Positions 50,049 to 63,208 of a DNA stretch of 64,000 nt are shown here, in pieces. The translations under genes were made by a program, and so were the position numbers. Source of the stretch: Bugula neritina (Eukaryota > Animalia > Bryozoa); assembly GCA_964035545.1 (NCBI GenBank), contig OZ037771.1, forward strand, positions 13,577,133 to 13,641,132, in the 5' to 3' direction. How positions within the stretch are numbered: the stretch's first letter is position 1; the number at the start of each line of letters is the position of its first letter. The notes beneath the pieces were generated by a model, which was not told where the DNA came from, did no database searches, and saw only the letters and a program-made list of their open reading frames with translations.

Positions 50049-53000
50049 CTAGTCGGCACAAGTTAGTGTTGCGTTGTATGTTGGAGTTCCATCAGCACAT
50101 AGGGCAGCCAACTCTACTGTTACAAGATCTCCATATGAATTTCTCTCTCCCTGAATCACCCTATAGAAGTAAAGGAGAATCATTTTCAAAAGTGCATCAT
50201 GAGTATAATGTAGTTTATCTAAAATTTTTACTAATTGAAAAGTGAACTATTTTTTCAATCAAAATTATCAAGTTGTTTGGGCATCTTTATTAGTTCATCT
50301 TGACTACAATATACTGTAGTTTGTATACAAATTGTTACAAATCTAGACATATGAAACACTTTTTCAGTTAAAAATTGAAAAAATGGTAATGTAGAAATAC
50401 TGATTATCTAAGGCTTGCACAGCAATATGCAATAAAACATGAACATTTTAAAAGGACGTTAGTATAGTTTCTCTTTATGAATAAACACATAAAACAACAT
50501 GCTAAAATACTCACGGGTTTTGAAGTAAATAACTATAGATATCAACATTCTGCATGAATTCTTCTTGGTGCAGTCGATGTCTTATCTCATTCACAAGGTC
50601 ACGGGATGTATCCTCAAGGTCACGGGATGTCTCCTCTTGGTATAACTCATCAGTTGTCCAATATGAAGTTAGCGTTTGGTTGTCAGCACAGCGATACTTT
50701 GGCTCATATTCCGTAGACATCTGACAGTCTGTGTGACATTCATCATGACAAGCTTCAGCATGTGCTCCATTTAAACAAAATATAGTAGTCACTATATATA
50801 GTATTGCCTTTGATACCGGAACAGCACAAAGTTGAGATAGGTGAAAAAGTGAGAATGTATTATTTTATCATTGAGCAGATAAAAATACTGATGGATTGGT
50901 TAGAGCTAGATAGTTGCTATTCTTTTACTTCTATAATAGGTGCTATAGAGCAACCGATATGTCCAATTATAATTGATATCTGTTTGAACTATGTGTATAA
51001 TAGTTATATAGTCTAAGCTAGAAGATTTAGGATATCATATTTATGGATGTGGAAGTAAATAAATTTGAACGACTGAATGATGATTACCAGATGCATGAAA
51101 AATATCATACCTCTTATAGAACTTATCAAACTGCCTTTTTTATTCACAGTCTTCACATGAAATAAATGTATAGTAATATTTCAGTTATATAAAGCTTACC
51201 GTCTCTACAAATCTGTTGAAGTTGGTATTGTCTATGAAGCAATATGGCAGACATGAATATTTTAGTAGCATTGTCATGTTCCATAAAATCACACGAGAAT
51301 CTGTGTTTCGTATAAAATATGAGTCTCTTGCCAACCGGTGATCCAACTATAACATAACATGCATGCAAGTCAATTGTTTAAACTAAATTCAAAATATTTA
51401 ATACTTTAACTATATAACAGTGAGCATTTATTTTGTAAATAGAAATTATATAAGCCAAGAAATTTCTAAATTGTTTTAAAATATTTCTGTATTTGAAACA
51501 AATCATAAATGCTTAGCATAAGCCAAATTAACCATTTAACTTTTAATAGTATTTATGCAATAGCATAAAGTGCTCTAACCTTGATTTATTAGTGGGTATA
51601 GCTAAAGCTGAATTTCTATCCAAAAAGTCAAAATCTTCTTTTGCAAAGCTGAGATGTTAATAGCAAAAGATTTTTATAACTCAAGTCTCTTTAATATACA
51701 ATTACTTACTGACTATGGAGTTTCTAATTTCAGCCAACTTTGGTTTAATTATGTTTACAAGAGACCAGATACTTAACTTGTTCACAATTTAAATTTTAGC
51801 TTCAACTAGTTAAATATTAACAATACAAAACACTGCATATTCTGAATATAATCAAAATCATAAGTTGAGCAATGCGAAGTTAGCCTTAAGTTTATATACT
51901 AACCTTTCACATGGACATAGTAAGTACAGGTTCGGGAGTTCTCCTCTATTGACATCTGATGTATTCTAACTGATAGCTCTCTCGTTGTCTTGTCTGGAAG
52001 CAGAACTTGGGTTCTGTGATCAGCAGAAGGCACATAAGCCGTGAGGTTCCTAAATGGACAAGGTGAGTCAGCACCTGCATAAACCACCGTGAGACATGGA
52101 AGAGTTATATTTTATAAACATGTAAACTAGCTGCATGTATATTGACTATACGATCACTATATAGTCGCTGTATATAACTTGCTGCATATATACTCACTAT
52201 ATACTCACTATATATAACTCACTATATATATACTTACTATAATTATATACTCACTATATAATACTCACTATATAATCACTATATTATACTTACTACATAT
52301 ACTCAGTATATTTACTCACTGGACACCCATGCACTACATACTCACTATATACTCCCATATACTCTTAGTATATAATTATGTGCTCACAGTATACTCATTA
52401 CCTATAACTCACTATATACTCACCATATACAATGACATAATAAGGGCACATCCTAAGGTCGTACTCTTCATCTACTCTGTGGACACCTTCACCATAACGT
52501 ATTGAGTGGCCACCTATAAGATCAACTTGAACTGTGTCTTTACCAGGTTCCAGAAAGGCGGTGATGTTGGTATACGGACACTCTAAACTACTACCTGTAA
52601 GTCAAAACAAGGTATAATAATGACTCTAGCAAATAGAAGTATATGCATATAGTCTGTATTAATCAAACCCAAGATGTTCGTCAGAGTGTTTGAAACACGT
52701 TTGCTTAGAGATATTAGGTCTGGTATATTTACCAAACAGCTTGTATATGTTTTTCTCCATTCCAATGTAAATTTCATCATCTACATTTAACAAAGACATT
52801 GGTGCGTCTGCAAGCTCACTGCTAGTTATGCAAGGATCTTCTCCCTTGAAGCAAACCGGTCCCACAACTCGCTTCTTCAAATCCAACACTTTCAGCTTCT
52901 TGTTCCCAGCATCGGCTACCAGATACAAATTTTCTCTCACTTTCGCCAGACCGAAAGGGTATGCAAACGCAGCTAACTCAAATGCCCCCATGACATCACT

Positions 53001-54586
53001 TGGTGTTGTTGAGCTAATGATTATAGTGTTTGTCACTGTATTATCTTCTAGCCATTCTACTAGACTTATGTAATTACCATAGTTAGTTACTATTAGCTGA
53101 TCTCCTGCCCACAAAAGGTTCCGAGGAAAGTTGAAACTCCCATTTAAAACAGTACTCAGTTCTCCTGTGCTTAAATCTAGAGATCGCAATGCATGATTGT
53201 TTTGATCTGATATCAAAACTTTGCCATGGTTTCTAACATCTAATATTACTTCAAAAGGGTGATTGAGTTTCCCCACCCCCACTCCTCCTTCTACATAGCC
53301 CTTGGATCCACAGGTTCCTGCAAGGGTCTGTATGGTTTCAAGGTTTCTATCTAACATCTTAAGACAGCTGTGGTCATAATCTATTAGAGCAACATGAGTT
53401 CGATCCACCTGAGTGAATCCTGTAGAAAGGATGTTGGACACGAGAGTTTTCCTTTCATCTCCGTCAGTAGACATCAAATGTGGCCAGGAACTTACCAGAA
53501 TGTTCTTGCAACCATGGTTGTATTTATCTAGCTCCATGTGGTCTACAGCCAGGTCTGTTTCCAGGAACAGCTCATTGTACTCATAGGAAATACTGAAAAT
53601 AAGTCAGAAATAGAAGTTAACAGATATTCTTAGCAGTTAATTTGCATTATACACATGCAGATAAAGAGTTGAAGAGCTTCCTAGCATTTTAAAAATATAA
53701 AAAAATTAGGACACTCAAAATGATAGCATAAGGTGGAATTTTCATGTTGTACTGTGCTATACATTGAATATTCATGAGTTTTGATATCACTATGACATAA
53801 ATAAGCAGTATCTTGTATCACCAAATCAAAAAATTATTGCCTTTTAAATGCAGAATGATGTTTTTTGACTGTGCAGACTTCTTGTTTTGCACATTTCATT
53901 TATGAAACATTTTGATTTAAATAATCATGGGATTCAAATTTAAAATTTAATTTAAAATATAGTCACCTTGATTGGGAAGATTTGACTCTTTTTAATAGAA
54001 CAGCTAAAATCTACAATGAAGTTATAGAAGACAGTTACAGTGTTTAAAAATTCAGAACAAAGCTAATTATTATAGTATATTTCTAGCTTGAAATATGTTA
54101 ATTAGACTTCATGCTTTAAGTATACCTTAAAATATATAATTATCACATTCTATTATAATTAAACTTTTGAAACCAATAAATTTCCTTTTGATTTTTTATT
54201 TTCTTCAATAATAAAATATAAATTACTATATATTCATATATTACATTATGTTTTATTATAAGCCTTAGGGTAACCATAATCAATTAATAAGATATATGAC
54301 CTCAGTGAATAAAAACTCAATAGCTATCTCATATATTATTAGTATTAAATATTAATGCAAGTGCAAACTAATTATTATTTTTGTATACTATAAAGCAAGT
54401 ATACATTATTTATTGGCTTTTGACGTATCAAACATAATAAATTCTTTTTTAATCAAGCATACCTCTTTTGATCTTCAAAATTTAGCAAAGCATAATTGAG
54501 GAAAGAGAAACGTATGTATAACACATCAAATAATGTACAAATATAACACTTACCGTGAGATGAAACAAATTTTTTATTATTTTCAT
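50049..54586 (-). CDS. Secreted NHL beta-propeller protein, paralog 7 (~583 aa, two HYR-like modules)
   Basis: Exons 54586..54554, 54010..53967, 53592..52733, 52594..52424, 52074..51904, 51346..51200, 50728..50515, 50160..50049; 1752 nt in frame. Confidence 0.85.
52140..52423. repeat. Degenerate TATACTCACTA tandem repeat
   Basis: Repeated (TA)TACTCACTATA units filling the intron between the two HYR-like exons of paralog 7. Confidence 0.85.
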
Positions 54587-54827
54587 TGTTGCTTTAGGTA
54601 AACCAACAGTTGGGTCTTTCAATAAATGTTAGTTTAGTTATTTGAATAAACTAAAAAATATCATGTTATTACGTGCAAAAGGTAAATATGAATTTGTCAC
54701 TATGTAATTTACCTGCGTGTTATGCTGTTATAATACAAGGCTATAATTTTACCTAGTAGCACCTACTTAGGTCAAATTGTCACTGCAAAGTGCTAATTTT
54801 GATTTATTTTTAACTTTATCAGTTCTA

Positions 54828-54930
54828 AAACTTTGGCTCCCACTGGGAATTAAACCTAACACCTTCGACTTTCAAGCTGGCGCACTAATCATTACACTAC
54901 AGGAACTACCGGGTAAACTCAACGCTACAG
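54828..54930 (-). mobile_element. tRNA-like repeat family 2 copy
   Basis: Minus strand GTAGCGTTGAGTTTACCCGGTAGTTCCTGTAGTGTAATGATTAGTGCG..AGGTTTAATTCCCAGTGGGAGCC. Related copies at 38240..38335 (+), ~3038..3140 (-) and ~15682..15785 (-). Confidence 0.65.
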
Positions 54931-56542
54931 TAACTTAATGGCAATTATGTTTCTAAACAAAGGGCAATAAACAAAAGTCGTTGTAAAAGCTTCCTTGCCA
55001 ACTGGTATACTAATTTCTTAGAAAACACTTTTGTTAAAAGCTAATGCACTTTCGCTTACTTTTATGTTAAAGTCATCCTGATTTTCACTTACACACTTCT
55101 TAATCTTGTTGGCATGACTAGCGTCAATAAGCTTTTCTTTTAAAATATGCATGTAATTGTGTAATTGAAACCCCATTCCATTACATACATGCAGTAAACG
55201 CTGTTGCATTTATGTATATCAGCTATATAGAATATGCTAAGTACTGCTGGTGTTGGTTTTGGTCTATAGAAATAATATACACATGCAGACATATTGCCTC
55301 ACTCAATGTATCAGAATGAAAAAGCTATTTAAACCTTCTAGAAATTACAGCATAAGAAATCTGTAATGTTTCTTTCTATGACTAGAGCTAAAGCTAAAGA
55401 GTGTTTCGATATAATTGTATTATTCAAAGATCAAGTAAAATATAATCATGGTAAATTCTGCAAATTCTATACATAAATGTTTTGGCTAATATGTTGCAAA
55501 TTTTTTTTAAAAACGGGTAACTTCTAGTTTTATTAATTTAAAAATTGTGTCGCAAAATATTACCAGGAAAATGACAGTGCTAGATGTAACGTGTCTTATA
55601 ATTAAAGCTCTGTAAAAAAATAAAGCTAGTGCTATTTATAGCTGGATGACCAAAATTTATGGTTGCATCATTACAGCTTAAGACTTAAGTTATACTACTT
55701 GTTCACAATGCTAATGCAATAATTGACAATAAGTGTAGTTTGTTAGTCTCAATGAAAAGACACATTATAGCCTATACCATTAGCCATATTACTGTATATG
55801 TACCACACATTGTATTATTTAGGGTTTTAGTAAACTATAATAATATTTGTCTTGCTCTTTTTTCTCTTATTATATTAATTTCATTATACACAATAACCCC
55901 TAATTAAATTGCAAGGGAATGTTATGTTATAAAAGTATGCAGTTTATAATTAGGAGTTGTCTTGCCATAATGGGATGCAGCTGAAATAATGGCTTAAGAG
56001 ATGTCAAAATAAGCAAAGCAAGCCTTTGCTGCATGGAACAATTTAAATAATAATGATATATCTTTATATTTGAGATTATGAATAGACAAGCACGTTTAAA
56101 TTTAAACTGTTAATAAAATAGTGCTTTATAGTTGAAACTTCTTCCAATCAAGCTTTAGCAATGGCTGTATTTTAAAACTGTGCTGTTGGTGTAAATGATT
56201 TGGCCTTAACTGCAAAGATGCATTTACAGAGAGCTATAGCAGTTATTATTATATTTTTATTTGCTTAGATATAATTTAATTATTTGATTGGTTATGACTG
56301 GTGCTCGCAAGTGTCACGTTTTAGCTGTCAAGTGTTCACAGCTGACACCTGCCAGCATTTGAATGTTAGCAAGTATAGCAGGTGTCAGAAACTTTCAAAT
56401 TAAATCATACAAAGAATTTCAGCTTCAGATGGTGATATTGCATATATTATTTTAAGTACATCATAACAAGTAAACAAGTTCAAGTATGTTAATATATCAT
56501 ATTTGAGCTTATATCAAAAGCAGCTATTTCCCATCTTGACAT

Positions 56543-59500
56543 CTAAGCACAGGTGTCCGTAACTGCATCATATTTCTGGGACGTGATAGTACAGCTGGAA
56601 TGAAGGAAAACTTTCACATAATCTCCCTTAGTGTCTTGCTTGGCCTTTATCATCCTGTTCATAATAATCAGCCAGTCAGTTATTGAAATAATTATAACAT
56701 ACAATTTACACTATCTGCTAAATGGATATGCTTCATTATTATAACTTATCAACTGTTTTAAATAACCATTATATATGGTTCCTGCAGAGCTTAATGCTGG
56801 TAAACCATCAATCAGGTATAACTAGTATAACTAGTAATTTACTGCTGGTTAGGAAGTTTCAATTTGACATGTCGCAATTCATGCTTGAATAACATTAGCA
56901 CAAATGAAATTTGTTTTTACACTGGATTATTGACAAAAATTTATGTAACTTCTGTTTTAACTTTAACTTGGCTTGACTTCTAAAATATAAATAGTGATGC
57001 GTTGCAAATCTCTAGATGCAGCACAAATGAGGTAATTAAGTTGTTTACAAGTAATCTATGAATAAACAATACTGGTACTTATATAACCTCATACTATGTC
57101 ATTTAATATAGGGTGTTATCTTGCAAACACTAACAAAACTTTTCAACTGGTGTAATTTCAAAGGTGTTAAAAAAAGATACTCAAGTGACAGATGTAATAA
57201 TATTGGTTTAATGCGAAATGACGTGCCACAAAGCCTAAAATTTGTGGCCTGTAAGAAAAATTATGCAATCAAAACAGGCACTTACAGTAATGTTAATTTT
57301 GGACAAAAAGCTTTGAATATTGGAATAGCATATAAATCAAACAAAGCCTAGCTTTAGAAATTTTAAATAAACTGCGTTATTATAAATAAAATCTATAGCA
57401 GTGCTTATCGAATTTAAAAAATATATATATAAATATTTTAAGCAATTAATATACACAATTGAACTTACGGTGGCTGATGAAAAGGGACAAAGAATCCAAG
57501 GGTTTTCATTATATAAGAATTATTCAGCTTTTCCTTGACTTTGCCCAAGACAACTTTGGGAGCCTCTTTGGTGTTGACGGAATAAAAGTGGTCAGCTGCC
57601 CAGTGAACTTTTAGCAAGTCGTCTTTACATTCGTAGACAGGATCTCTTGTTACGGACATGGTGCAGTCTACTCAACAGAGCAGCAGAGAAATGTGTTACT
57701 GTGTCGTATAGACTATACATGATTTTTATAGGTGAAAATATGTGCTGGTAAAAATGACACAAATAAAAATTAGGTATAAATTGCAAACTGCATGATGTCA
57801 AACTTTTCCAAACCTTAATATTGAAACCATGCCTTTTTTACCTACTTTTCCATTTGTGTTGCTTTTACCTGCACAAATGTTACCGGTGTCATTTTTACCA
57901 GACACTACTATAAACAGCTGTTTGCTAGACAGGGGAGCATTTATGGTTTAGGGCTTAGAAGTCTTAGAGCAATGGGCTAGTAAACATAGGGTCATGAGTT
58001 TGATCCTCTGTAAAGGCCATTGGTAATGTTAGGAAGAGTATCCAGTCATAATTGCTCCTGTGCCACATAGGGGTAAGTTCTGAACCCAGTTTAAAAACTT
58101 TCCCATAAGGGGTTCTCACAGGGATATAGCAGCTATAAACTTTCAAGAGTCAGTGAGTTGTTTGTTAGACACAGAAATGAATTGTAGTTTAGAGTTGAAC
58201 ACCTGTTCTACAAGCTTCCTGGATGTGATCTCTTCTGCGAACCAATGACCTCTTCAAATTGTCCAGAAAGCTAACTTTCTTAAGAAGGTCACATGTCGCG
58301 TCGTATTCGGATTTGAAGTATAGTCTCCTAACAATCGGCGATTCTAAAAATAGGCGTTGATTCTTTCGTTTTAAAATAACAAAAAACAGAATGATTTTCA
58401 TTTTATGCTTACATTAGGGAACTGGATTTGCATTTTGAATTGATACGTAATAATATGTTAGCAAGCTACAGTTTGACTATGCATGTATTGCTGTATGAAT
58501 AAAAAGAACAATATATTATTTCCCAGTCATAAATTTTTTTCTACAGGGCAGAATAAATTTACAGTAGGCTTATATAAATTTTTTTCCTGTACTAAAAAGT
58601 TAGTTTAGCTTGAGGTGAAATTTTACACAGGTAAGTTATGAATTATTGGCTGAAAAATTAATTAAAACATATAATATAGCTACACCCACTTTTCACAACG
58701 TGGTCATAGTAGCACGTCTTTGAGTTGTGCTCTGTGGTTTTTCTATGAACTCCTTCTGGCAACAACTCAGATTTGCCATTTGACCATTCTACTTTCACCA
58801 CATATTCTCCCGGCGTTAAAACTGTGGTGATGTTTTGGAATGGGCATTGTTCATGATCAGTGCCATCAATATCTGAAACACAAGAAAATGTTACTATTTT
58901 GAAATAGTGAACAATGATTTTAGATAAATATTGCACAGGTAATAATGGCACAGGTAATAATTGCACAGGTAATCATGGCACAAATAGAAATTTATCTAGG
59001 TAAAAATGGCAAACTGATGTTAAATGTTCCCAAATCCCAAACCCAATAGTACTCAATAAATGCATCATAAAAAAGATTTTTTAATTATTAAAAATAGTTT
59101 TTATGCAAAATTTTAGGATGGATTTGAAAAAGATATTTTTTAAGATACATAATTAATTATTAAACTTGGCAATCGAATGAGTTTGACGTTAAGTAATTAC
59201 CAAAACTGACTTACTTGTGACGGTAATGTAGTAAGTGCACATTCTGGAGCTGATGTTCTTTGTCATTGCAAAAACTCCCACCGGGAATTCTACTTCCTGG
59301 TCATTTGGCAGCTTAATCTTGACTGTTTGTTGTCCAGTGGGCAGGATAGCTGTTACATTATTAGGGCAGTCTGTCAGAGTTGCTTTCTCAGCAATTTTGC
59401 TGTCTTCTACACCAACAAGAGGGGATAAGTCTAATGCAATGCAACTGAAAATGAGTTCAGGAATCACTTTATTGCATTTAGCAAATAAAATTACGGTACT

Positions 59501-61716
59501 TTTATTCATTTTTTGTTATAAAACAATTATTAGATTCACTTTATTTGTTGAGCAACTGTTGATATATAAAATGTTAGTTAGTTAGTGACTAACCTTGAAC
59601 AATGACGTAGTAAGTGCATTTTCTGGGGCCGTAGTTCTTGGTCAGCGTAAAGACTCCTGCAGGATATTCTACTTCATGTCCACCTGGCAACTTTACTTTA
59701 GCAGTTGTCTGACCTTCCATAAGCGAGACGGTGATATTTTTGGGACATTCTCCGAGGAGAGCTTTCCCAACTGAACTGCTTTGAGCTAAAAATTATACCA
59801 TCTCTATAATAAAATATGCAAAACTGTGCACATTTTATATTGCCCAAGACTCTAAAATATTTTATGTATTTTTGTTGTTTTGAGCATTTTTATAGATATA
59901 ACTAATCAAGTTTGGTTTTTAAATAAAATACTGCTCTAAGTTGTCAAGCACTAATTACCATTTTACAATAACTTCTCACATATTATGTATATACTTACTT
60001 ATAAATTTATTTGTTGATCAACTGTTGATATATAAAATTGAAAGTTAGTGACTAACCTTGAACAATGACGTAGTAAGTGCATTTCCGGGGACCATAGTTC
60101 TTGGTCAGCGTAAAAACTCCTGCAGGATATTCTACTTCATGTCCACCTGGCAACTTTACTTTAGTAGTTGTCTGGCCTTCCATCAGTGAGACGGTGATAT
60201 TTTTGGGACATTCTCCAAGAAGAGCTTTTCCAACTAAACCGCTTTTAGCTAAAAATAATACCCTCTCTTTATAATAAGATATACAATCTTGTGCGCATCC
60301 CATATTGCCCAAGACTCTACAATGTTTAATGCACTTTTGTTGTTTTGAGTACTTCAGTTTTTAAATAAAATTTGTCAAGCACACCATTGGTATTTACCTT
60401 TATTTTTATGAGAATAATGTTCAATTATGTAGTATAAATATTCAACTTACCACTCATTTTGAAAATGCCGGTTTTTGATCCCAGATAGAGGCTTCGCCCA
60501 GCAAGTAAAACAGACACTGGTTCTTCTGGACTGTCACAGCTGATACTATCAGAATCACCATCTTCTTTCTTGAAACAAACTGGACCAACTGCTTTTTTAT
60601 CTAAGTCTATAAACTTCAACTTATTGTTACCATAATCTGTGACAATAAACACTCTGTCTCGAAGTTTCACAGCACCAAACAATGTTCTGAATCTGGCCGC
60701 GTTGAAATTACCAAGTATGTCACCTGGTCTACCTGCATCGCCTGTCAAGGTATGTGTTTTAGCCGCACCATCTAACCAGCTTACTCTCGAGATATGATAG
60801 TAGTAGTTAACTACCAGCAAATGATTACCATCCCAAACTGTACCCCGGGGAGTATCAATGTTTGTATGAACCACTGTGGACATCTCTCCTGTGAAAAGAT
60901 CGATATTTCTCAACGCATGATTGCCTTCATCGGTAACCAGCAGAAAGCCAGGTTTCTTAATGTTGGAGACAACTCCATAAGGGTATCTCAGCAGTCCTTC
61001 CTCTATTCCTCCATCTCTGTTACCTTGGCTACCACATGTTCCAGCAAGGGTTTCCACACTACCGGTAATTCTGCTAAGGATTTTGATGCAATGAGCTTCC
61101 CGATCGGCAAACACTACGTGATGCGCATTGATTTGTGTGAAGCTGACTACAGACATGTTGGACACGAGTGTATGGGTCGTATGGCCATCGGTTGTTTTCA
61201 GACCTTTGATTGTACTGAATAAGATACTTTCTCGTTTGGTTCTGTGGGCATCAACCTCCATGTGGAGCACCGGGTAGGTGGTGTTGACAAAAAGCTTATT
61301 ATGGTGGTAGACGACTCTATAATATTAGTCATACATAAAGACAATAAATTATTTAGTGTTCAAAGTATAAAAATTATGATTCTACACTTATCTAGTTGCA
61401 AGTTAGCAACAATGTATAATATCATCATTAGCATAGACATGATAAAATGAAAATATATAAAGAAATAAAAATAAAAATTTGTTATTGTTACCATATTTGA
61501 AAAATTCAAACAGTATATTAATTTTAAACTTGCCTTGGTGGAGCATTTTCTGCCGATGCAGTGCAACTTGCAAAAGCTACTAAAACCTAAAAGATAAAGA
61601 ATAGTATTGTAACAACATAATAATAGATTCCTTTTATTTATTAAATACAAATGTTATTCAAGTTATCATTATAAAGCTGAGAAAAAACTTACAACGAGTT
61701 GCCACAAACGCTTCAT
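56543..61716 (-). CDS. Secreted NHL beta-propeller protein, paralog 8 (~725 aa, four HYR-like modules)
   Basis: Exons 61716..61693, 61586..61534 (GC donor), 61316..60451, 60248..60057, 59785..59594, 59430..59215, 58872..58690, 58343..58203, 57667..57469, 56654..56543; 2178 nt in frame. Confidence 0.85.
57730..57906 (-). mobile_element. GGTAAAAATGGCACA-family MITE-like repeat
   Basis: Ends GTCATTTTTACCAGACAC, the reverse complement of the GTGTCTGG(C/T).AAA end at 721. Confidence 0.65.
57925..58155 (+). mobile_element. SINE family 1 copy, plus orientation
   Basis: CTAGTAAACA...AAAGGCCATTGGTAATGTTAGGAAGAGTATCCAGTCATAATTGCTCCTGTGCC...TTCTCACAGGGATA. Confidence 0.85.
59539..60380. repeat. Recent 463-bp tandem duplication containing a whole exon
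   Basis: Exons 59594..59785 and 60057..60248 and their intron flanks (TTTATTTGTTGA.CAACTGTTGATATATAAAAT; ATATTGCCCAAGACTCTA) are near-identical. Confidence 0.95.
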
Positions 61717-63208
61717 CTTTACTTCTGACAATTTCTTGCAAGATACATACATACATATCAACATCTTGTTTATCAACGTACTTAGTCTACAATTATCTCG
61801 TTGATGCTAAGTTGTGTAATAATACAGTTTAGATATTAGGTGTCTGGTTTTAATCATCAGATAACTTTAGACTACCATTATTATACCTATTTATAGACAT
61901 TTATGCATAAACTGTAATTTTAGTTATGGGAGGTAGTTTTATCAAGAAATAACATAAAATTAGAGTTAAATCTTGCAAAATACTAACAATCATATCTTAT
62001 ATTACAATTTCAAAGGTATATTCAAGCTTAATTACTGTTTTACCACAAGCTTTAACTAGCTAGCTGATTTTTTGTTTGTTATATATTGTGTATATTATGT
62101 AGTATATACTGTTACTAAAATCAAACACATATCTCAGATATTGTTTTGTACTGTAGAGGAACAGCCATATAAAACAGACATTATAATTATATAGCTAGGT
62201 CAACTATCCAGTGAATTATAATAATCACTATAAACAATAAGGATATTTATTACATATTCAAGCATTATAGGGGGCTGCTTTCAAGTTGCTACTATAGCTA
62301 ACAAACCACACCTAATTTCTGATAGAGAAGTTATTTTAATAATAGGTAGTTATTGTAACATAAGTTATTTAGCCAAATTAAATAAAAATCATCATGTTGC
62401 AAAAATGACTGTATCATTAAAACATCGCAGTTTTTTGCAATCAATGTACGTATTAGCAAAGATTTATCAATTTTTATTTAATATAAAAGAAGCTTACATT
62501 TGTTGACAGTAATTTAAACTTCTCTATCAACTATAGAACGCCCTGCTTTTTGCTATCATTTTGCTGTCATTCCATTATAACAATGCTGCCAATAAGCACA
62601 CACTCAGATGTCTTTACTGTCAGCCTAAATTCAGGTACATGTCATTTAGAAGCTCAGCTCCTGCTGTCCTTTTCTTTACACAAACCACTAATACAGGGTT
62701 GTGTTTAGTAAAATTTAAATCTAAATGATAGCACTTCCACAAGTTGACTAGGTACAGAAGTTATAATAATAAGCATAATAATCTGTATTTAATTACTTGA
62801 ATAATATGATTATCTTATATACTTTGGTATCTAGGAGCTCCTTATAGATGTTGAAAAGATTTGGTGGTTCAGGGCATTGTTTTTGCTTTTAATAACAACT
62901 TGTTGAGAATCATAAAGTTTAAGGTTCATGAAGTTAACAAATTTTTTATAACTAATACTTATAACCTCAGGTATGTTTACAACTTACCAGAAATAAATTT
63001 ATTTTAAAACTTGAGCATTCAGCTATTTATTATATTCAAGAGTAATTAGTAATTAATAATACTAATACAACAGCAAAATAGACTTGGTAGTAATAGCTAG
63101 TTTGCATAGGCAAAAACTAAGTGTTAGAATATTGAAAGCCACGAATAATGCATTTATCTACAACGACATGGAAAGCATGCAATCTTGTGGGTGAGTACAA
63201 TGTTAGCA

